DNA of 64,000 nt from Polyangiaceae bacterium (lineage in GTDB: Bacteria > Myxococcota_A > Polyangia > Polyangiales > Polyangiaceae), in the NCBI GenBank assembly GCA_965222375.1, contig CBDCTZ010000016.1:192001-256000 (forward strand). The letters are read 5' to 3'. Of the stretch, positions 32,384 to 43,392 are shown in pieces (position 1 is the stretch's first letter; each line of letters starts with the position of its first letter). A model generated the notes under the pieces. It ran no database searches, had not been told where the DNA came from, and saw nothing but the letters and a program-made list of their open reading frames with translations. The position numbers were made by a program, and so were the translations under genes.

Positions 32384-35300
32384 TCGTGGCGTTCAGTGCG
32401 TCGTCGGCGCGCCGCGCGAACGAGACGAAGGCCGGATACTCGGCTGGTTGTACGCGACCCGCGGGAAGACTCAATCTGCGGCTGAGGGTGACGACCTTCC
32501 CACGTGCGACGTCGCTGACCTGCACTTTCAGGTCCTTCTGCTTCACCGTTTGGGGCGCGGGAACGCTGGCCTTGGCGCCTCGGGGCAAGTGAATGCGCAG
32601 GGTCACTTCTTGATGAGTCGTCTCGCCAATCAGCAAGGGGGTTTCCCGCGCTGGCAAAGTCGCCAACTGACTGATGCGCGGCGAAAACGGTGGCGCGATG
32701 AGCATTTCACGCCCGGCCAACTGCGCGAAGCCGGACATGTTGGCCTTCATGCTCAACACGAGGGGCGCGTCCAAGTCGTCCCGCCCCTTGAACTCGAAAC
32801 GATCGAGATGGGCGCCGCGCAAGGCGCGGCCCAGCAAGCGGGATTCTACGACATCACGCAGCTGCGCTTCCGACAGCTGCGCAATGGCAGCGCGGATGGC
32901 CATCGCGTACTTGCCTGTGAAGCGCTGCGCGATGTCGAGCTTGGCGGAGCCGTCGGACTTGAGCTGAACGTCGCCATCGTAAATGACGCTGTCTTCGGTG
33001 CCGCTCACCGGCGTGGTCACGCGCTTGGGCTTCGGCTCGACCAACACATAGGCCGGCACGCCACGGATCTCCACGGGAACGTAGCCAAAGGGCGCGAACT
33101 TGCTTGCGAGTGTCAGCCAGACATGCCCCTTGTCCGTTGTGACTCGCAACAGCGGCTCGGAGAATTGACCGGCGCGCATCAGCTCAGTGGCGGGTTTCGG
33201 CGCGAGACGATTGCGGGCAACCGCGAAGACGGTTGGGATCCCCAGGGCGCGGCACAGCGTGCTGTAGCCCCGCCAGCGGTTCCCGTTCTTGCCCACGATG
33301 ACCCGGCGGCCGTCCGTCTCTTTGCCGTCCTCGACGTTCGCAAGCACCCAACGGTAGAGCTTGCGGGCACGGGCGTGTCGGGCCTTCTTGGGCAAGGGTT
33401 TCACGATCTTGCGTGCGATCCGAACGATGCGCGGATCGATCGGAGTCACGTCGGTCAGGTTGTCGCTGAGGTTGCGGAGACGGCTGTCGAGCTGCACGCC
33501 CCAGCCAAGACGTACGCTCGGTAGAAACTCCGTGATCGGTGCGGAACCGGGTTCTTGTGGCGCTGCCGGGCTCTCATCGACCCGCCAGCGGCGCAGCACC
33601 AAGCCTTCCATCTCCTTCACGGTGGGCTCTGGCACCTTGCCCCGCGTCTCGATGATCAAGGGCTTGTCCGAAGGCGTAATGAACACCAGTTCGCTTCGCG
33701 CGTATGCGATGTTCTCTTCCCGGAAGAACCAGTGCGGTCCCAAGTACTCGGTTCCGTCTGGGCTCTCGGAAGCGCGGGTCACCACGTGCTCGGTTTCCAG
33801 ATAGTCCCCTACTTCCAGATGGGGAAAGGTGACGGTGGGCTTGCCCGAGACAATCTCGGGCTCCAGCATGCGCCCGTCCTGCTTGATGACACGCATATGC
33901 AGCACGACGCCCGAGAGCCGGGGGTGCTCGGCGAGCTTGCTGATCGCCTCGGGGCTCTGGATGCGAATGACTTCGTGCTCCAGCATACGGCTGGAGCCAT
34001 TCGGGTGAACCCAGATCGCTGCGTAGTCCAGGACGCGGGCCGCAGTTCCAGGCAGATGCCGCTTGGATGCCTCGTACTGTCGGATCACTTCCAGGGCGTC
34101 GATCCGATAGGGCTCTAGCTGCGACGTGCCTTCCACGAGGTCCAGGGCGTCTTCGAGTTCCGCGGTGGGTGCCCCTTGCACGATGGCGTCGACGACGGCC
34201 TTGCGTAGGGATGCACGGTCGCCCTTTGCGAACTGCGCATCCGCCAAGGCCAGGCGGTGGGGGCCGCTTCTGGGCTTGGCTTTGAGCGCGGCTTCTAGCT
34301 TCTTCCAGATTTGCTTTCGGTTGCCCGCCCGGATCATCACGTCAGAGATCCGCTCGGCGAGATCTTTGCGTGCAGGTCGCCGCTTCTTCAGGCGCTTGAG
34401 TTCGCGCAGGGCTGCGTCGTAGTCGGTCCGTGCCAGGGCACGGGTCAGCTTGATTTCGCTTTCGGGGTTCAGCTTGAGGATGCGTTCAACCAGCTGGTCG
34501 GCGGACTCGAGCTTGCCCGTCGAGTCCATGACACCCACTGCGAGGGTGAGCGCCTCCTCGTCCTCGGGGAACCTCTCGATCAACTCGGTGGCAGTCTTCA
34601 GGTACTCCGCACTCCAACCCAGCTCTCCGTAGACTCGGGCAAGTGCCAGCCGCACCGCGGGCACCTGCGGGAATCGACGCGACAAGGCTTTGAGCGCCTT
34701 GACCGCCTCCGTGGGGCCAGCTCGCTCAGCTTCCCACATCGCCAGGGCCACGGCGGATTGCCAAAGCCCGGGATCGCGCTTCGCCGCCCGGGCGTGTAGC
34801 TCTCGGGAAAGGTCCGCGCGTTGGCTTCGGTCGAAGAGTGGATCCCGCTCGACGAAGCCTGCGCTCAAGCTGAGCACAGCGCCGGTTGCCCGCGCGGGCT
34901 CTTTCAGCAGGGGTTCCGAAAGCACCGTGGCCACATCCCCCTGTCCCTCCACGAAGGCGAGGTAGGCGGCCAAGAAGCGCTTCAAGTCACTGCCTGGGTT
35001 GCGTACTCGACCTTTGTCGACGTAGCGAACCAGGACGTTGGGCTCTCCGGTCACCCGGGGCGCAACGACGGAGTTTAGCCCGCTTGGGTCGTCACTCGCT
35101 TTCACCCGCGCGGGTCGACCATTCGGAGTCAAGACTCGGATCGACGTTTGTGGTTCCGCAAGCCTCACCAGCACGCGATGACGACCCTTGGGCAGCCACA
35201 CCTGCACGCCGAACTTGGGCCACACGCCCCACTTGCGCGGATTCCGATCGAGCACCTGCGTATCGTTCACCAGCACCGCCAAGGCGCCTTGAGCGGCAAT

Positions 35301-36137
35301 GAGGAGCTCTCGGTCGCCGTCGAGTTCGAGATAGGTCTCGGCGTAGTAGATCCCCCGCGCTCGGAACTCCTTTGCGCGAGCAAAGCAACCACGCTGTTCC
35401 ACATCGAGAATTTGTGGCACCACGGCGCGACCCGGATCCTTCGGAAAGCGAGTGGGCCACGGGCCCGGCGCCTCGGCCGCGAACCTGCGATAGCTGTCCG
35501 GCGCAGTTCCCCGCCCGAAGGGCCCCGCCAGGCGAATCGGAGCGACGCAGCCAAATGCTTCCTTGCTTTTGGCATCCAGATCGCCTGCGCCGGCGGAATA
35601 GGCCTCGTCAGCCCACCACTCGACCAGCTCGCCGCGCGCACGCCAGCCCAAGGAGACCGGATCGTGCATCACGTCGCGCACCAGCTTCTCGTGGCGCTTG
35701 TACAGGCCCGGTGCGTTGTGGCGCAGGACGACAGCTCGGTGAGCGGCAAACCAGCCGACCAAAGGAGCCAACTCCGAGTCGTCGCCTCGGGCGGCCTTTA
35801 CGGCCCGGAGGTAGTGCTCCGGCGCGGTTTTCAGCCGGCCGTGCAGCTCGTCATCGAGGGCACGGGCGAAATGGGCGAGGACGTCATTGTCTGCGTCCAG
35901 GTCATCCAGGCGCTTCCGAGCGTTGGTGGCAGCGCCCGGGTGGCCGCCGGGAGAGATGAGCTCTGCGAGCAACCAACGCCCGACTACATCTGGGTTCGAC
36001 GAGCTGCGGCCTGCGTGGCGCGCAGTTGAAAGCTCCGACCGGAACGCGTCAGCGCCGTGGCCAGCGCCGCAGCCCGGGCTGAGCGCACTCAGGCAGCATA
36101 GAACGAGGACGAAGCAAGCGCGGCCCAAGCCGGACAT
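32364..36137 (-). CDS. Large TPR + DUF3857-like + transglutaminase-like lipoprotein (catalytic Cys apparently absent)
   Basis: TPR repeats, FP.LEVGDYLE, and an architecture paralogous to the upstream gene. GKNGNRWR replaces GxGDC. Confidence 0.75.
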   Translation of the reverse strand: MSGLGRACFVLVLCCLSALSPGCGAGHGADAFRSELSTARHAGRSSSNPDVVGRWLLAELISPGGHPGAATNARKRLDDLDADNDVLAHFARALDDELHGRLKTAPEHYLRAVKAARGDDSELAPLVGWFAAHRAVVLRHNAPGLYKRHEKLVRDVMHDPVSLGWRARGELVEWWADEAYSAGAGDLDAKSKEAFGCVAPIRLAGPFGRGTAPDSYRRFAAEAPGPWPTRFPKDPGRAVVPQILDVEQRGCFARAKEFRARGIYYAETYLELDGDRELLIAAQGALAVLVNDTQVLDRNPRKWGVWPKFGVQVWLPKGRHRVLVRLAEPQTSIRVLTPNGRPARVKASDDPSGLNSVVAPRVTGEPNVLVRYVDKGRVRNPGSDLKRFLAAYLAFVEGQGDVATVLSEPLLKEPARATGAVLSLSAGFVERDPLFDRSQRADLSRELHARAAKRDPGLWQSAVALAMWEAERAGPTEAVKALKALSRRFPQVPAVRLALARVYGELGWSAEYLKTATELIERFPEDEEALTLAVGVMDSTGKLESADQLVERILKLNPESEIKLTRALARTDYDAALRELKRLKKRRPARKDLAERISDVMIRAGNRKQIWKKLEAALKAKPRSGPHRLALADAQFAKGDRASLRKAVVDAIVQGAPTAELEDALDLVEGTSQLEPYRIDALEVIRQYEASKRHLPGTAARVLDYAAIWVHPNGSSRMLEHEVIRIQSPEAISKLAEHPRLSGVVLHMRVIKQDGRMLEPEIVSGKPTVTFPHLEVGDYLETEHVVTRASESPDGTEYLGPHWFFREENIAYARSELVFITPSDKPLIIETRGKVPEPTVKEMEGLVLRRWRVDESPAAPQEPGSAPITEFLPSVRLGWGVQLDSRLRNLSDNLTDVTPIDPRIVRIARKIVKPLPKKARHARARKLYRWVLANVEDGKETDGRRVIVGKNGNRWRGYSTLCRALGIPTVFAVARNRLAPKPATELMRAGQFSEPLLRVTTDKGHVWLTLASKFAPFGYVPVEIRGVPAYVLVEPKPKRVTTPVSGTEDSVIYDGDVQLKSDGSAKLDIAQRFTGKYAMAIRAAIAQLSEAQLRDVVESRLLGRALRGAHLDRFEFKGRDDLDAPLVLSMKANMSGFAQLAGREMLIAPPFSPRISQLATLPARETPLLIGETTHQEVTLRIHLPRGAKASVPAPQTVKQKDLKVQVSDVARGKVVTLSRRLSLPAGRVQPAEYPAFVSFARRADDALNATIRVRLR

Positions 36138-36139
36138 CG

Positions 36140-39100
36140 CTACTTCCCCATCCCCAAGCGTGTGGCGAAGGCGCGATCCACCTCTGCACAGAACTGGCGG
36201 AACGCCGGATAGTCCTTGGGGCTGACCCGGGTGACCTTCAGGCTCAATTTTCCCGTGACTTTGACTTGAGTCGCAGTCTTTTCGACCTTCACGGAGGCGC
36301 TGCCAAAGCGGGAAGCGATGGACTTGTTTTCCGGCACGCTCAGCACTTTGTAACCGGCGGGTAGCCGCACCGTAGTCGTCTCATCCACCGTGGAGAAGCC
36401 TAGTATGCGTACGTCCTGACGACGTTTGGACAGGGATGCGTAGCGCGACGTGAGCCGCACGGCTGGGGTGACACTCGCGCTCAGCCGGTCTCCCTCGCGG
36501 CGGGCAAAGCTCGGCGCCGTACCCTTCACGGTCATCACCACAGGCTTGTTGTAGTCGCTCAGGTCGCTGACCTTGATGCCATCCTTGACCAGAGAAAAGC
36601 CGGGGTATTGCTGCCCCATGTCCCCCAGGATACGTTCTTTGCGGGTGGCTTCAGCGTTGTAGCGTCGCCGCCAAGCGGGCGCTTCTACTCCGCTGGTGGT
36701 ATGCACCAGTTCGAGTTTCGCGGACCCATCGGCGGCGACGACGGCCGTGCGCTCTCGCTTCAGAACGTTTCGCTTCGGGTCGCCGCCGGGCAGTCGCACC
36801 AACTTGCTGTCGCCGCGATTCACCAGGATACCTAGGGCGCCCAGGTCCATCTTGGGCAGGTCGCGAATGCCGGCATACTCAGCGGTTCCGTCGAGGTAGA
36901 GCTTCAACGACGGCACGTACACGATGGCGTGATCGAAGGGAGCGAGGCTGGCGACGGACGATCTGAAGCCACCGCGGAGCTGAGTTCGCAGAATCACGAT
37001 GGTCGACTTGATGCCCAGCTCCTCCAGCAGCGTGACGATGACCGTCGCCTTGTCTTTGCAGTCGCCCCATCCGCGCGCGATGGTTTGCACGCAACGCCTG
37101 GGCTTGAATCCGTAGATCCCGAATTCCAGCGCGACGTAGCGCGTGTTGTCGATGACCCAGTTGTAGACCGCCTTCACTTTGTCGACTTCGCTGGTCTTGC
37201 CCTTGGTGATCTCTCGAGCCAGCTTGCGAGTTCGGTCGTCCAAGTCGAATTGATCTTTGGAAAGCCCCCAATACCAGCGGCCCAGATCCTTCCAGCTGGA
37301 ATAGGTAGAAACATGAATAAATCCGAGCACTTCCGGCCACGGAGGCATGGCCGGTTCTGGCACGACGGGAGCGACGGATGCGGCGAAGAATCGGTACGTT
37401 CGCGTTTCCCCGCTCTCTTTCATTTCGCGTTTCAGCTTGGGTAGCTTGGTGTCGATGTACAGCTTGCGTTTCTTCGGGGTGATCAGGACGTATTCGGCGT
37501 TCTGCACCGGTTGGTCCGACTGCAGGTAAACGACTTCTCCGAAGTAGTCCGCGAACTCGTTGCGCGGCGTGACATCGTCAATGCGGTAACGAAGCTCCAC
37601 CACGTCGCCAGGCTCCAGCCGAGGCAGTTGTATGGTGAAGTTCCGAGCTGAGGTGTACATGCTAATCGACGGATTGTCGGCGGCGCTCTCCCCGTACTCG
37701 ATGGCTTCGTCCACGCGGCCGTCTCCGCGATATACTCGGGCCCCCCGTAGCTGAACCACTTGCCGATCGGCCTGGTACTGAAACGAATACTGCCTGAGGG
37801 TGGCGGCCGCCGCATCGCTCAGGGGCTGAAACACCACCTGCCGAAACTGACTGGACAGCCCGTTGGGGAATACCGTGGAGACGGTCAAGTCCCTGAGGGT
37901 GCGGCGGGTATTGCCCGCTGCGGGCGCGTGTCGAAAGCGCAGGAACTTCTTGGAACTCCAGGCGTAGACTTCGTCGGCGCGCGGTTTCTCCGGTTCGATG
38001 TGGGCGACGTATTCGCGCACGGCCTTGTCCTGAGGGCGGATCTTCAAGATGGCGCGGAGCAGCTTGAGCTGTTCATCTCGCTTGCCCAACTCCCCCATCA
38101 AATCCGACAGAGTCCGCAGGGTTCCGACGTCCTCTGGCGCCAGTTTCAAGGCGCGCCGGTAGGTCGCCACGGCTCGTTCTGGCTGACCGAAGGCGCGATA
38201 TGTACGCGCCGCCAAGCCCAGGGCCCACTGGCTGTCCGGGTCAGCCGAAAGGAGCCGGGCGACCCAACGTTCAGCGCTGGCTCGGTCTCGCCGCGCCACC
38301 GCCAGATCGATTTGCGCGCCGAGGTAGGTCCGGTCGTCGAAGCGCAGCGCAAAATAGCGAGCCTCCGCCTCGCGAGCCTCGGTTTCGTAGCCCAGTGAGC
38401 GCCGCTGCGTGGCGAGCATGTTCAGTACGCCCACAGACCATGGGTTGCGGTCGGCGGCGCGTTCGAGCGCCGCTAGGGCCGTGCGCTTCAGGCCCGCGGA
38501 ATTGTACAGCTCCGTGCGTGCACGAAGCGCGGGGAGGTGATCCGGATTGCGCGCTAGGACTTGGGCTAGGAGCTCCGTGGCCTTGCGCCAGCTCGGTCCA
38601 CCCAAGAGCAACTCGGCCCGGGCAAAGGTGACGTCCTCGTTGAAGCGGCCGGACTTCTTGGCCAGGGCTTCTGCGCGATCGATCCAGACCTTGCGTTGGT
38701 TGCGATCTTCCGACAACAGCCCCGCCAGGAGCTGTCGCTTCAGGGTCGGTTCTTGTTCCGCGGCTCGCAGGGCTAGGTCCCGCGCCCGGTGCTCCGTCGG
38801 ATCGTCCCCATCTGTGTCTACCAGGTAGCGTGCGAAGGCGTAGGCGCTGGCGGCGCGTTTGTCTTTGACCAAGGCGTCGAAGGCCTGCAGGGGGCCTCGC
38901 ACCCCTTGGGCTCGCGCCAGGGCCGGTTTCTTCTTGTTTTCCACGACGGTGCGTGCCGCGGCCTCGATGTCTTTGGCGCTGATACCAGCATCGATGTTTG
39001 GGTCTGGATTGCCCCTTGCATCGGCGACGCGCACGGAAATGACGGGCGGCGAATCGTTGCCACAGAGCTTGATGGTGAGATCGTTCTTGCCGGCTAGCAA

Positions 39101-39817
39101 GTTCACGGTCGCTGCCAACCGATCTGCATCGTGGTTTCGATAGGTGCTGTCTTCCAGAACTTGGTGACCGTTGAAGTAGACTCGTACCGCTCCGCCGGTA
39201 CCAACCCATAGGCTGATGGGGCGCGGACCCGTCCCCGCTTTCGGCGCGAGGGTCGTGCGCAAGATCCCACACACCTTGCGCTCCGGGCGCATCATCGAGC
39301 CCAGATCCACGAAGCCAAAGGGAAACGCGTCTGGGACCACGCGCCAGCGCACCGCGCGCTCCTTGCCGGAGTAGGCCCGACCAAAGACCACTGCCGAAGA
39401 CAGCTCGGTCTCGGGTCCAGAATCGGCCTTGAACCCGCCTTTGCCCTCGTTGTCGAAGGGACCAATGAGAAGCCAGCGTCGCAGGAAGCCAAGCTCGTCT
39501 AGTTGTCTTCGCGTCGCGGCGACGTCCCCCCGCCGCAGTCGCGCGTAGGCGCCCAGCAGCCGTGCGTAGGCCCTGCCAGGACCATCTAACTTCGGGCTGG
39601 TTTGAGCCCGACGTAGGGCGGCCTCGACATGAGTGGGATGAGCCCGGTCCCAGGTCATCCAGATCTGCCGCAGTCCCGAATAGACCTCCGGACCCTTGGC
39701 GGCATCCAGGGCACGCTCCGCCGCAACCAGATCCGGATGGAACAGCGCGTCCACGGCCCGGGTGTGCGGTGCAATCGCGACGACAAGTGCCAGGACCAGG
39801 AGCGCGAGCGACCTCAC
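36140..39817 (-). CDS. Large secreted TPR + DUF3857 + transglutaminase-like protein
   Basis: LPRLEPGDVVELRY, NTRYVALEFG, RGWGDCKDKA, FDHAI and YLDGT (Cys-His-Asp triad). Confidence 0.88.
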   Translation of the reverse strand: MRSLALLVLALVVAIAPHTRAVDALFHPDLVAAERALDAAKGPEVYSGLRQIWMTWDRAHPTHVEAALRRAQTSPKLDGPGRAYARLLGAYARLRRGDVAATRRQLDELGFLRRWLLIGPFDNEGKGGFKADSGPETELSSAVVFGRAYSGKERAVRWRVVPDAFPFGFVDLGSMMRPERKVCGILRTTLAPKAGTGPRPISLWVGTGGAVRVYFNGHQVLEDSTYRNHDADRLAATVNLLAGKNDLTIKLCGNDSPPVISVRVADARGNPDPNIDAGISAKDIEAAARTVVENKKKPALARAQGVRGPLQAFDALVKDKRAASAYAFARYLVDTDGDDPTEHRARDLALRAAEQEPTLKRQLLAGLLSEDRNQRKVWIDRAEALAKKSGRFNEDVTFARAELLLGGPSWRKATELLAQVLARNPDHLPALRARTELYNSAGLKRTALAALERAADRNPWSVGVLNMLATQRRSLGYETEAREAEARYFALRFDDRTYLGAQIDLAVARRDRASAERWVARLLSADPDSQWALGLAARTYRAFGQPERAVATYRRALKLAPEDVGTLRTLSDLMGELGKRDEQLKLLRAILKIRPQDKAVREYVAHIEPEKPRADEVYAWSSKKFLRFRHAPAAGNTRRTLRDLTVSTVFPNGLSSQFRQVVFQPLSDAAAATLRQYSFQYQADRQVVQLRGARVYRGDGRVDEAIEYGESAADNPSISMYTSARNFTIQLPRLEPGDVVELRYRIDDVTPRNEFADYFGEVVYLQSDQPVQNAEYVLITPKKRKLYIDTKLPKLKREMKESGETRTYRFFAASVAPVVPEPAMPPWPEVLGFIHVSTYSSWKDLGRWYWGLSKDQFDLDDRTRKLAREITKGKTSEVDKVKAVYNWVIDNTRYVALEFGIYGFKPRRCVQTIARGWGDCKDKATVIVTLLEELGIKSTIVILRTQLRGGFRSSVASLAPFDHAIVYVPSLKLYLDGTAEYAGIRDLPKMDLGALGILVNRGDSKLVRLPGGDPKRNVLKRERTAVVAADGSAKLELVHTTSGVEAPAWRRRYNAEATRKERILGDMGQQYPGFSLVKDGIKVSDLSDYNKPVVMTVKGTAPSFARREGDRLSASVTPAVRLTSRYASLSKRRQDVRILGFSTVDETTTVRLPAGYKVLSVPENKSIASRFGSASVKVEKTATQVKVTGKLSLKVTRVSPKDYPAFRQFCAEVDRAFATRLGMGK

Positions 39818-39895
39818 GGCCCCGGATTACTAGCGGGGCAGAGTGCACGCAAGGCGAGGGAAGAATCTCTGGCCCAGCTCGTATTAGGGCGCGCG

Positions 39896-40084
39896 ATGCA
39901 GACAACGGCCACACCAGCTCAGACCCATACCAACCTCGTCGTGCTGGCATTGTCCGGAGGGGCGGGGCTCCTGACCGCGACTTCCCTGGAGCTTTCCAGC
40001 GGCGGGGCCATTTTGACCGGCTTCGGAGCCGCCTTGCTCGTCATGTTGATCGCGGGCTGGGTCAGCCACCTCAAGTTCAGCTGA
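39896..40084 (+). CDS. Small two-TM membrane protein (62 aa)
   Basis: MQTTATPAQTHTNLVVLALSGG...LIAGWVSHLKFS, with two hydrophobic segments, in an otherwise empty gap. Confidence 0.5.
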   Translation: MQTTATPAQTHTNLVVLALSGGAGLLTATSLELSSGGAILTGFGAALLVMLIAGWVSHLKFS

Positions 40085-40097
40085 GACCCCTGCGTGT

Positions 40098-40133
40098 GGG
40101 TTCAGGTAGGCTGGTTTCCGCCTGCCCTGACCC
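40098..40133. terminator. Imperfect hairpin upstream of mglB (terminator or leader structure)
   Basis: gggttcaggtaggc ... gcctgccctgaccc inverted arms. No clear U-tract. Confidence 0.35.
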
Positions 40134-40307
40134 CAGGCGAATACCCGGGGTGGTGGCCTTGTGGATGGAGCATTCCTGTCACGATCCCAAACCCGCGCTT
40201 GCTGGGTCGAGTGGGGTCATATAGAAGGGTTCTCCTAGCTAGATGGGCTCGCGCTCGACGATGAATCGGTGGGCAGGTTGCCGACGTCGAGCACCTCGGA
40301 GGTACGA

Positions 40308-40790
40308 ATGGTCAACCCGCAGATGGTGATGTACGAAGAGGAGTTCAACCAGATCCAGACGGTCGTGGACCGCTTGGTGAAGGAAGCGAACGCCAAGGTC
40401 GTATTCATCGTCGATAAAAATGGTCAGCTCATCGCCGCAAGCGGTGAGATCGACAATCTAGACACGACGTCGCTGGCGTCCCTCACCGCGGGCAACATCG
40501 CCGCGACCGGGGGTATTGCCAAGTTGCTTCGCGAGCAGGAGTTCGCAGCCCAGTTTCACGAAGGGCAGAACGCGAACATCCACATTCAGCTCGTCGGCAA
40601 TCGGGTGATCTTGGTCGTCATCTTCGACGCGAAGTCCAGTCTCGGTTTGGTTCGATTGCGAGTTCGCAAAGCGACTGAAGAGCTGAACCGCATATTCGAG
40701 GCGCTGCTGTCGAAGGTACAAGAGCCCGGGTCGGACTCGCCCTTCGCCGAGATCACCGACGAGGATATCGACAACCTGTTCAATGATTGA
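40308..40790 (+). CDS. mglB: Gliding-motility GAP MglB (roadblock/LC7)
   Basis: VMYEEEF...DKNGQLIA...DTTSLASLTAGNIAATGG...SSLGLVRLRVRK...FAEITDEDIDNLF. SD GGAGG. Confidence 0.97.
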   Translation: MVNPQMVMYEEEFNQIQTVVDRLVKEANAKVVFIVDKNGQLIAASGEIDNLDTTSLASLTAGNIAATGGIAKLLREQEFAAQFHEGQNANIHIQLVGNRVILVVIFDAKSSLGLVRLRVRKATEELNRIFEALLSKVQEPGSDSPFAEITDEDIDNLFND

Positions 40791-40802
40791 GGCTGCCGAG
40801 CG

Positions 40803-41390
40803 ATGAGCTTCATCAACTACATGGCTCGGGAGATCAATTGTAAGATCGTCTACTACGGGCCCGGCCTGTGCGGGAAAACGACGAATCTGCAATACATCTA
40901 CGAGCGCACGAATCCCGACGCGAAAGGCAAGATGATCAGCCTCGCGACGGAGACCGAGCGCACCCTCTTCTTCGACTTCCTGCCCCTCAGCCTGGGCGAG
41001 ATCCGCGGCTTCAAGACGCGGTTTCACCTCTATACGGTGCCCGGCCAGGTGTTCTACGACGCCAGCCGAAAGCTGATCCTCAAAGGCGTGGACGGCATCA
41101 TCTTCTGCGCTGATTCACAGATTGAGCGCTTGGAGGCCAACCAAGAGAGCATGGATAACCTGCGCACCAACCTCGCGGAGCAGGGCTATTCGCTGGAGAA
41201 GATCCCCTTCGTCATTCAGTACAACAAGCGGGATTTGCCGAACGTCGTACCGGTGGAAGAGTTGCGGGAGCTGCTCAACCCCATGCACGTGCCGGACTTC
41301 GAAGCGAACGCGCGCTCCGGCATGGGTGTTTTCGACACCTTGAAAGCGGTGAGCAAGCTAGTGCTCACCGAGCTCAAACGCGGCGGTTGA
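40803..41390 (+). CDS. mglA: Gliding-motility small GTPase MglA
   Basis: [43 protein letters not shown] and QYNKRD. Confidence 0.98.
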   Translation: MSFINYMAREINCKIVYYGPGLCGKTTNLQYIYERTNPDAKGKMISLATETERTLFFDFLPLSLGEIRGFKTRFHLYTVPGQVFYDASRKLILKGVDGIIFCADSQIERLEANQESMDNLRTNLAEQGYSLEKIPFVIQYNKRDLPNVVPVEELRELLNPMHVPDFEANARSGMGVFDTLKAVSKLVLTELKRGG

Positions 41391-42205
41391 GCCTCCGGTC
41401 CCAGCGACTTCGAACGCGGCCGTTGGTTTCCTGGTCTCTGCGTCGCCGACTTCAAGTGCCGCGATTGGCGTTTGGGTCGTTGACGTGCTGGTGGGCCCCG
41501 CTGGCACTGGCAGCCTGTAGCTGCGACAAGGACCCGCCCAAGGCGGCGCCAGTACCCGCCGCATCGGCATCAGCTACGACGGCGACCTATTGCCAGCCGA
41601 AACTGCTACCCGCCATGCCCCGAGTCGACTGGCAGGGCATCCGCGGTACGGTGACGAAAGTATCGCCCGCTCGAAAGGACGGTGACTGTCGCATCTACGA
41701 GGCGCAGGTTGCCCCCAAGGACTTCACCTGCGCGGCGAATTTCGTGTCGGGGGATGTGGATGGTTCCGTCGGCCCCAAAGATGCCAAACCCCAGAGCATC
41801 CGACTGGTTTTGCCTTCGGCGGTGAAGCTACCTATCCGGGAGGGGCAAGACGTCTGCGCCAGGTACGAATGGGTCGATGAACGCGCGCACCGCATCTGGG
41901 ATTCGGTTGTGGTGGCGCGGGACGGTCGCTTGCTGATGCTCGCCTTGGAAAACGGCGCCCTCGAGGTGGGGGGATTCCGGGTCAGGAATGGCATCGCGGA
42001 TCACGCTGACCCAGCCATGGAGTATCACCGCATGGTCGCCGAGCACCCGGGGGGGTCGACGGAGCTGCGCCCGAAGAAGCCCGCGACCAAGCGCATCGAC
42101 GGTGCGCGCTTTTTCCTCGTCAGCAGTGCCTTCAAGCGGCGTATTCCGGCGCCGGGAACGCGAGAGCGCGGGTTTTCCTTCGCCGCAATCCGGCTCGACC
42201 CCTGA
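41387..42205 (+). CDS. Hypothetical (lipo)protein
   Basis: Long ORF with an ALAAC lipobox-like segment. The true start is probably downstream of 41387. Confidence 0.6.
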   Translation: MSLRSQRLRTRPLVSWSLRRRLQVPRLAFGSLTCWWAPLALAACSCDKDPPKAAPVPAASASATTATYCQPKLLPAMPRVDWQGIRGTVTKVSPARKDGDCRIYEAQVAPKDFTCAANFVSGDVDGSVGPKDAKPQSIRLVLPSAVKLPIREGQDVCARYEWVDERAHRIWDSVVVARDGRLLMLALENGALEVGGFRVRNGIADHADPAMEYHRMVAEHPGGSTELRPKKPATKRIDGARFFLVSSAFKRRIPAPGTRERGFSFAAIRLDP

Positions 42206-42208
42206 GCT

Positions 42209-43318
42209 TCAGCACTGAGACGGGTCGACGCAGACCCCGGTGCGCGGCGTCGCGCTACCCTTACCTATGCCGCACCACGCGGGTAGGTCAGAAGGCAAGC
42301 CGCTCTGAGAATAGGGCGACTGCCCCGCCTTCAGCCAATAGGGGTGGTCCAAAACAAACTGCCACAGGCCCTGATAGGTCGAGAGACTGCCATCGAAGGG
42401 CGGCTGAGAATGCCCGCAGTTGTGAATGCACTCGATGAAGAAGTGGCCGCCCTTTTCCAAACCATCTTCCAGGTTCTTGGAAGTGGTCTCGAACTGCAGC
42501 AAGCCCAGACAGTTGTCGGTGGTCCCGCCCCACAGGACGAGCCCTGGCATGGCGTGCTCGCTTGGTTTCCAGGAACGAATCACACCACCCGTGCCTCCAG
42601 ACAGGGAAATGAAGGACGAGAGGTGTTTGCCGCGCTCGATGGCGAGCTGGCTAGTCCACAGCGCGCCAGCGCTCACGCCCGCGCTGGAGACGCAGTTTTC
42701 GTTGACCGTGAATTGTTGACCCACACACGCCAGCATGTCGTCGAAGAACTTGAGCCCCTCGTCGACCCGAGCCTGACTGGAAGCGATCTCCATAGGCCAG
42801 GTGAACAGGGTGTCGCCCTTCTTCTCCGGAAGCACTGCGATGAAGCGCTGAGTATCGACGGCGTTTTGCACGTCACCCTTTTCGTAGAAGTCCTTGGCGT
42901 CTCCCCCGAGCCAATGCCACAAGAAGATCACCGGCAGCTGTTCGTTCGGTTTCACGTCCTTAGGCAGTGCCAAGCGGAATGTGCGCGGTCCGCCCGAGCT
43001 CGTGATGGTGTTGTCGCCCGCAGCGAGGGTCGGGCAGGTTCCCGCGTAGGTCGGCAGTGGTGCGGGCTTCTCCGCGCCGGGTGGTGGAGTGTCCGCGCAG
43101 GTACCCAGAGGTCCTGTTGCGCCTTGGCCCCCGGCGCCGGCGCTGCCTGAGGACCCGGCCTGCCCCGCCGTGCCACCGCTGCTGCCGGCCGCACCAGCTT
43201 GCCCACCCACTCCACCACTCGACGAGCCGCCGCTTGAGGAGTCGGAGTCCGAGCTGCCGCCGCAGCCCACGGACAGCCCAAAACCCACCACGAGCCCGCA
43301 AAACCACCTGTTTCGCAT
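42209..43318 (-). CDS. Lipoprotein with an alpha/beta-hydrolase (esterase/PHB-depolymerase-like) domain
   Basis: Lipobox SVGC, P.IFLWH..GG, GVSAG nucleophile motif, WGG.TD and H..GH. Confidence 0.78.
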   Translation of the reverse strand: MRNRWFCGLVVGFGLSVGCGGSSDSDSSSGGSSSGGVGGQAGAAGSSGGTAGQAGSSGSAGAGGQGATGPLGTCADTPPPGAEKPAPLPTYAGTCPTLAAGDNTITSSGGPRTFRLALPKDVKPNEQLPVIFLWHWLGGDAKDFYEKGDVQNAVDTQRFIAVLPEKKGDTLFTWPMEIASSQARVDEGLKFFDDMLACVGQQFTVNENCVSSAGVSAGALWTSQLAIERGKHLSSFISLSGGTGGVIRSWKPSEHAMPGLVLWGGTTDNCLGLLQFETTSKNLEDGLEKGGHFFIECIHNCGHSQPPFDGSLSTYQGLWQFVLDHPYWLKAGQSPYSQSGLPSDLPAWCGIGKGSATPRTGVCVDPSQC

Positions 43319-43392
43319 GGCGGTCAGGATACGCTGTGGGCGCTAGTCTCGCCAGCTGGGAACAAATGCTCCGCCGAGAAGACCAAACAAAC

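Noticed and set aside
38271..39950. 559-aa alternative ORF, and similar long shadows such as 32094-33524, 50249-51628 and 59666-60358
   Set aside because: These are off-frame or antisense shadows of well-supported genes in high-GC DNA, with no recognisable motifs.
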